This document shows positions 36,180 to 45,621 of a stretch of DNA of 64,000 nucleotides, one piece after another; the first letter of the stretch is position 1, and each line of letters starts with the position of its first letter. Origin of the DNA: a virus. Taxonomy: Duplodnaviria; Caudoviricetes. A program made the translations under genes and the position numbers. Where the stretch lies: positions 452 through 64,451 of IMG/VR virus record IMGVR_UViG_3300020049_011574. One strand, 5' to 3'. The notes beneath the pieces were generated by a model that was not told the origin of the DNA, ran no database searches, and saw nothing but the letters and a program-made list of their open reading frames with translations.

Positions 36180-39100
36180 TAAAGACCCCTTAACGTAGAT
36201 AAAATTTGGCTAGCAGCAATATGCCCTCTTAAAGCAGGATCTTTAGCCCCACTCTCAACCTTTACAACAATCTCACCAACAGTTGTATTATTGTTATTAC
36301 TGTTACTAGTTCCACCAGAAATATTCAAAGCATTAGCAATAGCTTCTTGACCTTGCTGGCCAAGAGAACCGTTACGTGCAGCATAAGATATAAGTTTAGC
36401 CATACGTTCAGGCTGACTTAAAGGCAACACGATCTCACTTTGTCCACGCTCACCAATATTGGCGATAATACCATTAGTAGTACCTTTAACAAATCCACCA
36501 GAATGTAAAGCAACGTGACCATGGTTATAATGACCAGCCAACACATTCAAAGGATATTGGGAACGCTTACCATTTTTAATACCATAACCCAAAGGAGTAT
36601 GAATAAGTTCGGCAAGATAAGGAGCATACTGAGTCCACCATTTAGCCATCTGCAACATTTGAGGGGCAGTACCAACGAAGTCAACAGCGCGAGCAACAGA
36701 ATGTAAAGAACTATTACCACTCGCTGTAATCGCCCCAGGACGCACCGTAGAGGAAACACCAAATGGAAGTCCAGAACCATTCATTGCTTGAATAAGAGTT
36801 TTATAACTACCAGGCTTACCTTTAGCAGCAAGCAAAGAATCAACAACAGCACCAGAAGCAATAACGCCAGTAACACCAGAACCAGCAAACAAAGCAGCAG
36901 TAGCTTTCTGAACGTATTGAATAGAAGCTTCCGCGAATCTAGTAACTACAGCATCGGCCATATTGCGAATAATCACACCACTTGAATATTGTCTCAAATA
37001 GTTATCTTTAGCAGCATTAATAGCCGCAACTTCTTTAACACCAGTATAAGAAGAAGCCTCCTCGCCATCTTTACCAAGACCATCGCCAATTAAGCCTTTG
37101 CGTAGCATTTCAAAGCGACCCTTACCGAGTTTCATCATTGTACTTTCAGGAAGGACACCCTCGCCTTTTTTACCCACAATCAATTGTTCACCAGCAGTGA
37201 AACGACCGCTATGAGTATCACTCTTTTCTCCGATAATACCACCAGTATGAAACTTAGGAATCTGAGGGAAAACATTATCACCAAGGCCCAAAGCCTTACT
37301 CATAGTATTTAGGCTAGCAAGATAAGTATTAAGAGGAACAGAAGTAGTTCTAAACGGATCTAAAATAGCATTAGGAAGATTCTTTAGACCAGCAGTAAAT
37401 GAAGTGGTTAAAGCGTTAGCGAACTCTGTACCCATACTAGTGAACGCGCTATTAATAACAACTTTAGTCGTCGCAATAGTCTGAGTAAATCCGATAGAAG
37501 CACCCTCGCCAAGAGAAGTACCGATTTTAATACCTGTACCAATATACGCAAAAGGGTCATCTACTAGAGCTTTATTAACAGACGCAGGCAAAGCTTGCAC
37601 CGATGTAGTTATATTGTCAATTTGTGGCTGAATAGCCTCATCTATCTTCGCATTAGTAAAAGTAGTATTAATCGAAGTAGCAGTAGCAGCAGCTTGAGTA
37701 TTTAGACTAGTGAAAACTGTTTTCTGGGCAGTATCAATAAATGCTTGTAAACGGGTTTGCTCTTCAAGAACACCAGCATATAGCGGGTTGTCTTTAATCG
37801 CAGCTTCAACATCAATACCCTTTTCCCCATGCTGTTTAAGAACTTTATTTTTCTTATATAACTCTTGACGTTTAGCTTCAATTTGAGTATCAATCTCAGA
37901 AAGACGAGTTGCAGCCGCATCAATAGTAGCCTGATCCGGTTCTTTAATATTAAATGTTGGAGCACCAAGTTCACCAGGATTAAACCCATTAATTTTCTCA
38001 AAATTAGTCTGAACAATACCTGTAACATCTTTAGTATATTTACCATAGACCTCTTCAGCAGAAGCAAGAGAAGCACGAATATCACCAGCAAGCTTAGGAT
38101 TCTTAGCAAGATCTTTAGCCAATTGTCCACCAGCAGCAGGGCCAAGAGCAGCAATTTTCTCAGCAAGATCAGGAAATTCAGTTTTCAGCTTATTAATATT
38201 CTCACCAAAGGATTTAACGCCATCGACATAAGCCTTCAGGTTATCCTTCAAAGTTTGAGCACTAATACCACCGATCTCAAATTTGAAATCAGCTTTAAAC
38301 GCATCACTAATAGCAGGTAAAGCCTTACCAATTTCCTCACCAGTTTTACGAATCTCATCAACAAGATCACTCTTAAAGCTAGCGATTTTCTTAGCGAACT
38401 CTTTAGCCCCAGCTTCATCAAGTCCAAGCTTTCCAGCAATAGTGTCAATAAGAGCGCCAACGCCAGTAGGATTATTTTGAATCTCATTATAAACCTGAGC
38501 ATAAAGGGCTTTGAAACCTTTAGAGCCAAGACCAGCCTGGACAGAATCAAACGAAAGTTCACCTATCCCAGTTCCAACATTTTGTACAGCAGTAGCCAAT
38601 TCTTGCAAAGCTGTAGCAGCTTCATTGGCCGCATCAGGAGAGCTAGTCATAGCTTTATTCAGAATATCTTGAGCTTGAGCACCTTGAATACTTCCGTTAG
38701 CTACACCACGCAATTGCTCTCTTAGGCTCTTCGCCGCAATAGCATTCTCAGCAATAGTTTTACTTACCTTCTCGTAAGCTCCAGCAACATCGCCACTCTT
38801 CTTAAATTCTTCTTTAACACCCTTAACAAATGAGGCAGAAGTTTTATTACCTGCATCCTCAGAAGCTTTAATATTGTCATCCAAGATTGCGGTAAATGAA
38901 TCTTTATATTGTTGGCGTAACTTCTTTAAGTTTTTAGCAGCATTTTCAGGATTGACAGCAGTAGAACTTAGATTTCTGTTTTCACGAACAACTTGGCCTG
39001 CAAGATTAAGATCGGAAATAACTTTATTAAATTCTTTATCGCTACCAACAACGACGCTTTTAATTAGACTTTCGTCACCTTCAACAATTTTACGAGCACG

Positions 39101-41656
39101 ATCCAAACGAGCAATATTTTCGTCAAGAGTTTTAGAGAACTTAGTTTGCTTATTACCACCATCAAGAACGCCAGAAGAAACAGAAACACTCTGATCAAAT
39201 TCACCATTAGCTTCCTGGAATTTCTTCAAAAATTCGAGAGAAGTCTTAGCGCTAAATTGTGTTTTCTTATAACCCTCATCAAGACGCTTGAAAGCTTTAG
39301 CGCCTTCTTCAGTATCTTTAATAACATTTTCTAGAAGATTTACTTCAGCAAGAGTACCCGACTGTGCGCTAGTATCAAAACGCAATTTCTCGCCAATAAG
39401 TTCAGCATCACGAGCAATATTGGCCGTAACCTTTTTAGCTTCAGCAGCTTTATTAACAAAGAAAGTGATACCGCCCACAAGAGCAGCAATAGCAAGTTCA
39501 ATACCAAAAGATTTGACAGAACTAAGGGCACTACTAGCAAAACTTTTTACACTACTAGCAGCATTAGAAATACCTTCTCCAGCAGCAGCAAAACTACCTT
39601 TAACTTTTTGACCAAAAGTAGCACCAGTCGTAGCAAATTGATCGGTTTTCGCAGTAAGTTTGTCTGTCTCGGCTTGCAACCTCGTATATTGAGGAAGTAC
39701 CCCATTAAAGAAGCTACCTGGCCCATTATAAACTTTATAGCCTTTAGCTCCAAGATTTTCTATCTTACCAGTGAGCTTTTCTGTTTCTCTCCTAAATTGC
39801 TCAACTCCATTCTTGTTAAAAGCAGTTATTAAAGAAGTCCCAGCAGTTTTAGCCCCAGATTTAACTTTCTCAATACCATTATTAATATCAGTGAAAGGTT
39901 TTTTGAAATCAAGTTTGTCAGCAGCTTTACCAAACAAATTCTTAGTTAACCCGCCAGATGAACCTAGAAGTTTAAGACCTACAGCCATCGCAAGAAGCTG
40001 AGGAGGAATAGCTCCTATAGCTTTAGAAGTAAGTTCTATTAAAGGCAAGAAAGGCTTCAGAATGGTCAATGTAGTACTAAGACCAACATTAAACACTGGC
40101 AATATCTTTACGCCAGTTTCAAATGCAGTTAAGAAAGCTTCCCCACCACCATCAGCAGTAAACTCAGCAACAGTATCGACAACAGGAGCAAGAGCAGCAC
40201 CGAAAGCATTAAGCGCAGGAACAGCCAACTTACCAAATACAGGAACAAATTTAGCCCCAGCATTAATAAGCTCAGTAATCCCCGAAGTAGCACCAGAAGT
40301 CAAAGATTGATTTTTAAAATCATCAGCAGCTTTACGATAATTAGAAGCAAGATTATTGAGAGTAGGGTCAGAAGCAGCACGAGCCACTTGTTGGAAACGG
40401 TCACGAAGAGTTTCCTGAGAACCAGCAAGAGTCAAAGATTGGCTATAAAGAGCATTAGCAGCACCAGGGAACTTCTCCATCCCTTTAAGTAATGCAGTAA
40501 CAGCCTCATCAGCTTTAATACCACCAGCAGTAACGGCCTTCAAAGCCTTACCAGTATTACCACCAAATCGTTCTATATTGTCCGCAATAGCTTTAATAGG
40601 GTTAAAACCAGGGAAAGCGGTAAATATGGTACGAAGTTCTCTTTGGGTAACTTTACCTTGACCTTTAATTTTAGCTAAGGCAATAGTCACACGCTCAATA
40701 GCGGAACTAGTAACACCCAACTGAGCACCAGCACCAGAAATATCCTGCAAAGAATTAATAAGTTCAGTCGGTTTAAAACCCGCACCCAAAAGAGTACGAG
40801 ACGACTTTAAAAGACCTTCAAGATCAAAAGGTGTAACCGCAGCAAAATCCTGCAACTCACCAAACAGCTTAGAAACAACAGAAGCATTACCAACAAAACC
40901 CTTGAAAACTCTCTCAACGCTCTGAACCTGTTTAGAGGACTCTAAACCAAACTTGATAAAACTCTTAGTAGCTTGAATAACACCAGTCGAGAAAGCCGTG
41001 AGAGCCACCTGGCCGACACTGACAGAGCCAAGGAAACTAAATACGCTACTCTTACCTTCAGTCGCAGCACGACCCACCAAAGTAAGATCACGAGCAAGAT
41101 TACGAGTAGATTTAGCAGCAGCCTCAGTCCCAGCAATAGCACCAGGAGAAACAATACTATTAACAACATTGCCCTTTACCGCATTGCCAGGAACACTAGC
41201 AGCAACAGGAACACGAATAGTGCCAATATCATTCTGGATTTGTCGTCTAACACGACTAATCTCAGCATTAGAAAGACGTTGAAGTTGAAGCTCAACCTTA
41301 ACACCACCAGTGCCACTAAGAGCACGACCTAATTCTTTCTTAAACTCAGCCGCAGCAGTTTTAGTAAAAGTCGGCTCAACCTTGATACCAACAGTACCTA
41401 AAGCCCTAGAAATCTCTTTCTTAATATTATTAACATCAGTTTTAGTAACATCAGGTTTAACTTTGACATCAACAGTGCCAAGACCCTTGTCAATAGTATT
41501 CTTGACTTTAGTAATGTCCGATTTGTCTACAGTGACTTGGACTTCAACTTTTGCATTCTTACTAGTTTTAGTCAGAATCTTATTTAAATCAATCGCAAAA
41601 TCTGAACCATCAGGGTTTATTGGAATACCTATAGAACCTGGTTCGTTAACTGACAT
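36179..41656 (-). CDS. Tape measure protein with C-terminal Zn-peptidase (M15-like) domain
   Basis: 1825 aa; FAAVTPFDL...IALAKIKGQGKV TMP motifs; SSLHSVARAVD...HYNHGHV near the C-terminus. Confidence 0.92.
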   Translation of the reverse strand: MSVNEPGSIGIPINPDGSDFAIDLNKILTKTSKNAKVEVQVTVDKSDITKVKNTIDKGLGTVDVKVKPDVTKTDVNNIKKEISRALGTVGIKVEPTFTKTAAAEFKKELGRALSGTGGVKVELQLQRLSNAEISRVRRQIQNDIGTIRVPVAASVPGNAVKGNVVNSIVSPGAIAGTEAAAKSTRNLARDLTLVGRAATEGKSSVFSFLGSVSVGQVALTAFSTGVIQATKSFIKFGLESSKQVQSVERVFKGFVGNASVVSKLFGELQDFAAVTPFDLEGLLKSSRTLLGAGFKPTELINSLQDISGAGAQLGVTSSAIERVTIALAKIKGQGKVTQRELRTIFTAFPGFNPIKAIADNIERFGGNTGKALKAVTAGGIKADEAVTALLKGMEKFPGAANALYSQSLTLAGSQETLRDRFQQVARAASDPTLNNLASNYRKAADDFKNQSLTSGATSGITELINAGAKFVPVFGKLAVPALNAFGAALAPVVDTVAEFTADGGGEAFLTAFETGVKILPVFNVGLSTTLTILKPFLPLIELTSKAIGAIPPQLLAMAVGLKLLGSSGGLTKNLFGKAADKLDFKKPFTDINNGIEKVKSGAKTAGTSLITAFNKNGVEQFRRETEKLTGKIENLGAKGYKVYNGPGSFFNGVLPQYTRLQAETDKLTAKTDQFATTGATFGQKVKGSFAAAGEGISNAASSVKSFASSALSSVKSFGIELAIAALVGGITFFVNKAAEAKKVTANIARDAELIGEKLRFDTSAQSGTLAEVNLLENVIKDTEEGAKAFKRLDEGYKKTQFSAKTSLEFLKKFQEANGEFDQSVSVSSGVLDGGNKQTKFSKTLDENIARLDRARKIVEGDESLIKSVVVGSDKEFNKVISDLNLAGQVVRENRNLSSTAVNPENAAKNLKKLRQQYKDSFTAILDDNIKASEDAGNKTSASFVKGVKEEFKKSGDVAGAYEKVSKTIAENAIAAKSLREQLRGVANGSIQGAQAQDILNKAMTSSPDAANEAATALQELATAVQNVGTGIGELSFDSVQAGLGSKGFKALYAQVYNEIQNNPTGVGALIDTIAGKLGLDEAGAKEFAKKIASFKSDLVDEIRKTGEEIGKALPAISDAFKADFKFEIGGISAQTLKDNLKAYVDGVKSFGENINKLKTEFPDLAEKIAALGPAAGGQLAKDLAKNPKLAGDIRASLASAEEVYGKYTKDVTGIVQTNFEKINGFNPGELGAPTFNIKEPDQATIDAAATRLSEIDTQIEAKRQELYKKNKVLKQHGEKGIDVEAAIKDNPLYAGVLEEQTRLQAFIDTAQKTVFTSLNTQAAATATSINTTFTNAKIDEAIQPQIDNITTSVQALPASVNKALVDDPFAYIGTGIKIGTSLGEGASIGFTQTIATTKVVINSAFTSMGTEFANALTTSFTAGLKNLPNAILDPFRTTSVPLNTYLASLNTMSKALGLGDNVFPQIPKFHTGGIIGEKSDTHSGRFTAGEQLIVGKKGEGVLPESTMMKLGKGRFEMLRKGLIGDGLGKDGEEASSYTGVKEVAAINAAKDNYLRQYSSGVIIRNMADAVVTRFAEASIQYVQKATAALFAGSGVTGVIASGAVVDSLLAAKGKPGSYKTLIQAMNGSGLPFGVSSTVRPGAITASGNSSLHSVARAVDFVGTAPQMLQMAKWWTQYAPYLAELIHTPLGYGIKNGKRSQYPLNVLAGHYNHGHVALHSGGFVKGTTNGIIANIGERGQSEIVLPLSQPERMAKLISYAARNGSLGQQGQEAIANALNISGGTSNSNNNNTTVGEIVVKVESGAKDPALRGHIAASQILSTLRGL

Positions 41657-41701
41657 ATCAGAAAGTATAGCCTTAAACGGGCAAAAATCACATGATAACG
41701 A

Positions 41702-42423
41702 CTAGTCGAACGTATCGCCCAAAAGCTGACCAGTTTGAGTACTATTCTCTTTCATAGCAACATATTCAGGCGACCAAATAATATCATCAAGAGACTTCGC
41801 GGAGCTGCCAGCATTCTTCTCCAAGAAATCATCAATACGTTTAATGCTCAGATTGAACTCATCATCATTTTCAGTATTAAATAAAGTTACATAGGCAGTA
41901 CGAATCTTCTCATCTACGTTTTCTAAGATGAAACTTTCTAGCCCAGAAAAATAAGCACGATCAGAGAGCGTATCGGGGTCGCCCCCATTGCTTACAATAT
42001 GACCCTCGTAACGACTTCTAAATTCGTAATTGTCGAGGAAGCTTAGAGCTACTTGGAATCCTCTGATTCTTTTCCCGTTTTAACTTCGAAGAACTTATCT
42101 TGGACTTTAGTCATAATGGTACGGAAAACAATAACTCCCGCATCTCCACCAGCCCATTCATCAAATTCATCCCAAAGAGATTTATCTTCGTCATTAGTGA
42201 GAGCTTTAAGAGCATTTTTTATAGCTGTCTTTTCGCCCTCTTCGTCATCTGAATCGCCAGGTGTACCATTAAGTGCATCTAGGTACATTTTGACTTCATC
42301 ATCGTTAGCATCAACACGAAGATGAATTTGCTTTTTGTCCTCTTTTGTACCAAAAGGGATAACGATTTGACTTTTACGTCTCGCGTCTAAAATTTCATTA
42401 AGATTAATTGCTAGATTTGCCAT
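41702..42423 (-). CDS. Tail assembly chaperone G/GT: G = 42049..42423; GT via -1 frameshift, ending at 41702
   Basis: G GGA AAA slippery site at 42070-42076. The -1 frame is open for 125 codons (GKRIRGFQVALSFLDNYEF...GDTFD) and has no start codon of its own near the 5' end. Confidence 0.9.
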
Positions 42424-42505
42424 AGTAGTTTTCTTTCTGCTCCGCTAAATTGGGTTAACAAAAACAGTGTACTACAAATATTTAGGGACATACCAGTATA
42501 TACAA

Positions 42506-43081
42506 CTACTTGAAATTGTTAAACTTATACCCATATTTACGAGCAACATTCTTAGCAGCATCCTCCATAATATGAAGACCCCTATAACCTTTAACCCTCT
42601 TCACAAAAATAACACTCTCATCTTTAGGATTATTAGAACGACCTGAATTAGCTTTACCTTTACGAGATTTAAGGCTACCTGACTTCTGGCGACGATAATT
42701 AACACTAGTCAAGTTGGCAACAGGAATAACCATAAATGTTTTCTTAGCAACAATGGGAGCTTTACCCGCAGCCTCCCCGATACCTTTCTCAAGATCACGA
42801 GCATAATAACGCCCATTAGCAGCACGGACATTATTAACTACAGCAAGATCACCATCAGAAGTAGTATCAGCCTTAAGCGCACGAATATAAGCCCCAGTAG
42901 AGCCCTTACGTTTAGAAATACGTTGACGAGCTAAACGGCTAGCCTCAGCAATAACAAGATCAGCTACAACCTTAAACTCGCGATAAGCTTTAGAACGCTT
43001 ATCAACCTTACCGTTAAGAAGTCTTTTTACCTGGTTGTCCAGCGACCTTTTGTTGACCTGAACTTTGGCTTGTCGATTCGG
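42506..43081 (-). CDS. HK97 gp10-like tail/neck protein
   Basis: Basic protein; NNVRAANGRYYARDLEKG...VKRVKGYRGLHIMEDA; position before the chaperone. Confidence 0.65.
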   Translation of the reverse strand, partial: PNRQAKVQVNKRSLDNQVKRLLNGKVDKRSKAYREFKVVADLVIAEASRLARQRISKRKGSTGAYIRALKADTTSDGDLAVVNNVRAANGRYYARDLEKGIGEAAGKAPIVAKKTFMVIPVANLTSVNYRRQKSGSLKSRKGKANSGRSNNPKDESVIFVKRVKGYRGLHIMEDAAKNVARKYGYKFNNFK

Positions 43082-43262
43082 CATCAGCAACCTCCACATC
43101 AGGAGCTTTTTCTACACCAATTTTAACAGCATAGCCTTGAGCCACAAGATGACCACCTGGATCTTCAACTTCGTCGCCAACGTTACCAGCACGACCGCCA
43201 CCAACACTAACACGAGACAAAAGTCTCACAAGTTGAACATTCTCTTTTTTCTCTTCACCCAT
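43014..43262 (-). CDS. Hypothetical virion-region protein
   Basis: 82 aa; LVAQGYAV motif. Confidence 0.55.
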   Translation of the reverse strand: MGEEKKENVQLVRLLSRVSVGGGRAGNVGDEVEDPGGHLVAQGYAVKIGVEKAPDVEVADAESTSQSSGQQKVAGQPGKKTS

Positions 43263-43277
43263 TTTGGATTTCCTTTA

Positions 43278-43712
43278 TTATGCTTCTATACGCCATTGAG
43301 ACGCATAACTTTGACAACCATCTTCACGCCCTATAGGATCAAATCCATCAGGAGCGATACTCATACTACACTCTTTTCGCTTCTTTTCCCACCATACTAT
43401 CAAAGCTATATAAACAGCATTCAGAGTATTATAGGAATCAGCAGAAAACTCGGTAGATTCATCAGCAGTTTCAGGATTTTTAGGACAAATAGAAACAATC
43501 ACTTCAAAATCAAAGTAATGGTGTAAGAAATTCTCTTCAAAACTATTCCGAATAGTACCAGTAATAGCAACAGAAAGACCACTCTCGCAAGTCTTAGGGA
43601 CATCATCCCCAAACCAAACAAAAGCACAATGAGGTAAACCGCATTTGTCTAACTGTCCAACTATTTCGTTTTTAACCTCATCAAGAGTTTTCTTGAGATC
43701 GGTATGTTTCAT
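43278..43712 (-). CDS. Putative tail terminator / neck protein
   Basis: 144 aa; position next to the major tail gene. Confidence 0.55.
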   Translation of the reverse strand: MKHTDLKKTLDEVKNEIVGQLDKCGLPHCAFVWFGDDVPKTCESGLSVAITGTIRNSFEENFLHHYFDFEVIVSICPKNPETADESTEFSADSYNTLNAVYIALIVWWEKKRKECSMSIAPDGFDPIGREDGCQSYASQWRIEA

Positions 43713-43717
43713 AAGTC

Positions 43718-44428
43718 TTAAGCTTGACTAGGAATAGCCACACCAGTACAAGAAACAGTAGGAAGAGTGAAACCGCTAGGGAGAGCTTCCCAAATTTCAC
43801 CATCACCAGAAACAACCATACCAGTACCACCATGGAAATCATTATATGGCCCATTTAAATAAGTACCATTATCACCATAACCATCAGCAGCAAAACTAAA
43901 GTTAGTAGTATCTTCAGCAGCAAAAGTAGTGTCACCAATTCTAGTCTCAGTAATAAGAGGAAGAATCACACGAATATTAGCAACAGTAGAATCATCACAA
44001 ATACCATTAGTTTGACGAACAGGTGTAAACACTTCTAAAGCGAACTTTGAAGTAGCAGCATTAGTACAAAGGTTAGCAGATTGACCAGAACTCAAAGGAC
44101 GACCAACAGCATAAGTATCAGCACCATCAACATAAGCAGTCCAGTTAAAGATAGAAGCAAAAGCAACAGTACAGAAATCACAGAACTTACCAGCAAGAGC
44201 AAGAGACTTGTCATAACCAGGAGTCTTAATAGGAGCACAATCAATACCGTTAAGTTTCTTATTAGAAATCTCAGTACCTTCAACACGGTTAACTGTCCAG
44301 CTTAATTCCAAAGGAGCATCAAGAACATAACCCTTAGCGCCTACAAGGAAAGTACAGTCAGCTTGTCTCGGAGTAATTCTTATACGACATACACCGATGA
44401 TCGTTTTCGCATCTAGTAGACCTGCCAT
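43718..44428 (-). CDS. Major tail protein
   Basis: 236 aa; strong RBS; composition typical of a highly expressed tail tube gene. Confidence 0.7.
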   Translation of the reverse strand: MAGLLDAKTIIGVCRIRITPRQADCTFLVGAKGYVLDAPLELSWTVNRVEGTEISNKKLNGIDCAPIKTPGYDKSLALAGKFCDFCTVAFASIFNWTAYVDGADTYAVGRPLSSGQSANLCTNAATSKFALEVFTPVRQTNGICDDSTVANIRVILPLITETRIGDTTFAAEDTTNFSFAADGYGDNGTYLNGPYNDFHGGTGMVVSGDGEIWEALPSGFTLPTVSCTGVAIPSQA

Positions 44429-44523
44429 GATAAACCTCTTTCAAAAGTTTGTTAGCTGCTCCACCAGTTATTTATTTAACCTAATATTAGAGAATCTTTC
44501 AATTCAATACAAGTATAATCAAC

Positions 44524-45294
44524 CTAAATCACCCGAGAATAGGACTGACGGTATTTACGAGGATTAATTGCTCTAGCAGGACGTGTAGCACCACTCGGAT
44601 TTATAGATTTAATACAAGCATCAAGAGGGGCATACCCAGTTTGTCCGTTACGTACATAAGTCTGAGGATCAAGAATAACAGCTTCCTCTTTAACAGTGAT
44701 GCGTTGAGGCAAAGCACAAGGCTGATTCAACTTTCGCTTAGCAAGCTCACAAGCGTAATCTAACGTATGCTCAACAAGATCAATAGGAGGAGCAATACCA
44801 TGCTTATATTCAACACTCGTGATATTTACAGTATCAGATACATCCTGGCATGTAGGCCAAACATCATCTTTAAGAATTAGATATTTTTGATCTTTAATAT
44901 AATAATCATCAGAAGTTAAAGTTACACCCCTGAGTTTTACTTCTGTTATAGAGCAAGCAGGATAATACGGTAATTTGATTTGATTAGCTTTACTCGTGCA
45001 ACAATTTGAAAGAAGTTGATGCGGAGTAACATTAAGAATAGACGGATAATATTCGTCAGTCCAAATACTCCCATGAGGCCCACAACCTTCAGATCGCTTT
45101 AAAGGAAGAATGGTAGTTTCACACTCTCCAGTATAACGACTTTGGGTTAGACGGAAAGCAGTAGCAGTAGCAACGGCGATCATGCGAGCAAAAAGTTCTT
45201 GATTGTCGCCTGCTTGAGCTAGTTCTAAGCACTTACCCGCCATATCATCAATAGTTGCCCATGGAGTACAAGGGACATCAGGAGAACAAGGCAT
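44524..45294 (-). CDS. Head-to-tail adaptor
   Basis: AVATATAFRLT..RY.GEC, ITEVKLRG, YKHGIAPP...YACELAK, GQTGY...D motifs. Confidence 0.75.
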   Translation of the reverse strand: MPCSPDVPCTPWATIDDMAGKCLELAQAGDNQELFARMIAVATATAFRLTQSRYTGECETTILPLKRSEGCGPHGSIWTDEYYPSILNVTPHQLLSNCCTSKANQIKLPYYPACSITEVKLRGVTLTSDDYYIKDQKYLILKDDVWPTCQDVSDTVNITSVEYKHGIAPPIDLVEHTLDYACELAKRKLNQPCALPQRITVKEEAVILDPQTYVRNGQTGYAPLDACIKSINPSGATRPARAINPRKYRQSYSRVI

Positions 45295-45330
45295 AGCTCT
45301 ATATTAACATATAAAAGCTAAAATCAAGTT

Positions 45331-45561
45331 CTAAGCTCTTTTAACAGCTTTTGCTTTTGAGGTTTTAGTTTTAACTTCCGCTTTATCTATCTCTGCTTCT
45401 CTATCAGGTGCAGGTGTAGGGTCAACATCAGCTTGTGCATCAACTTGAGTTTGAATATTTTGCAATAATGGAGCAACTGCCTCATAGGGTGCTTTAACTA
45501 ACGCACTTGCAATAGCTCGTATTTCTAATTCAGTAAGACTTAAAGTAAATATTTTATCCAA
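45331..45561 (-). CDS. Hypothetical protein
   Basis: 76 aa; LVKAPYEAVAPLLQNIQTQ. Confidence 0.7.
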   Translation of the reverse strand: MDKIFTLSLTELEIRAIASALVKAPYEAVAPLLQNIQTQVDAQADVDPTPAPDREAEIDKAEVKTKTSKAKAVKRA

Positions 45562-45621
45562 TTTCTGCTCCTTTTAGGTTTGAAATAAAAGTATAACACA
45601 AACTATTTGAAATTAAGAGTT

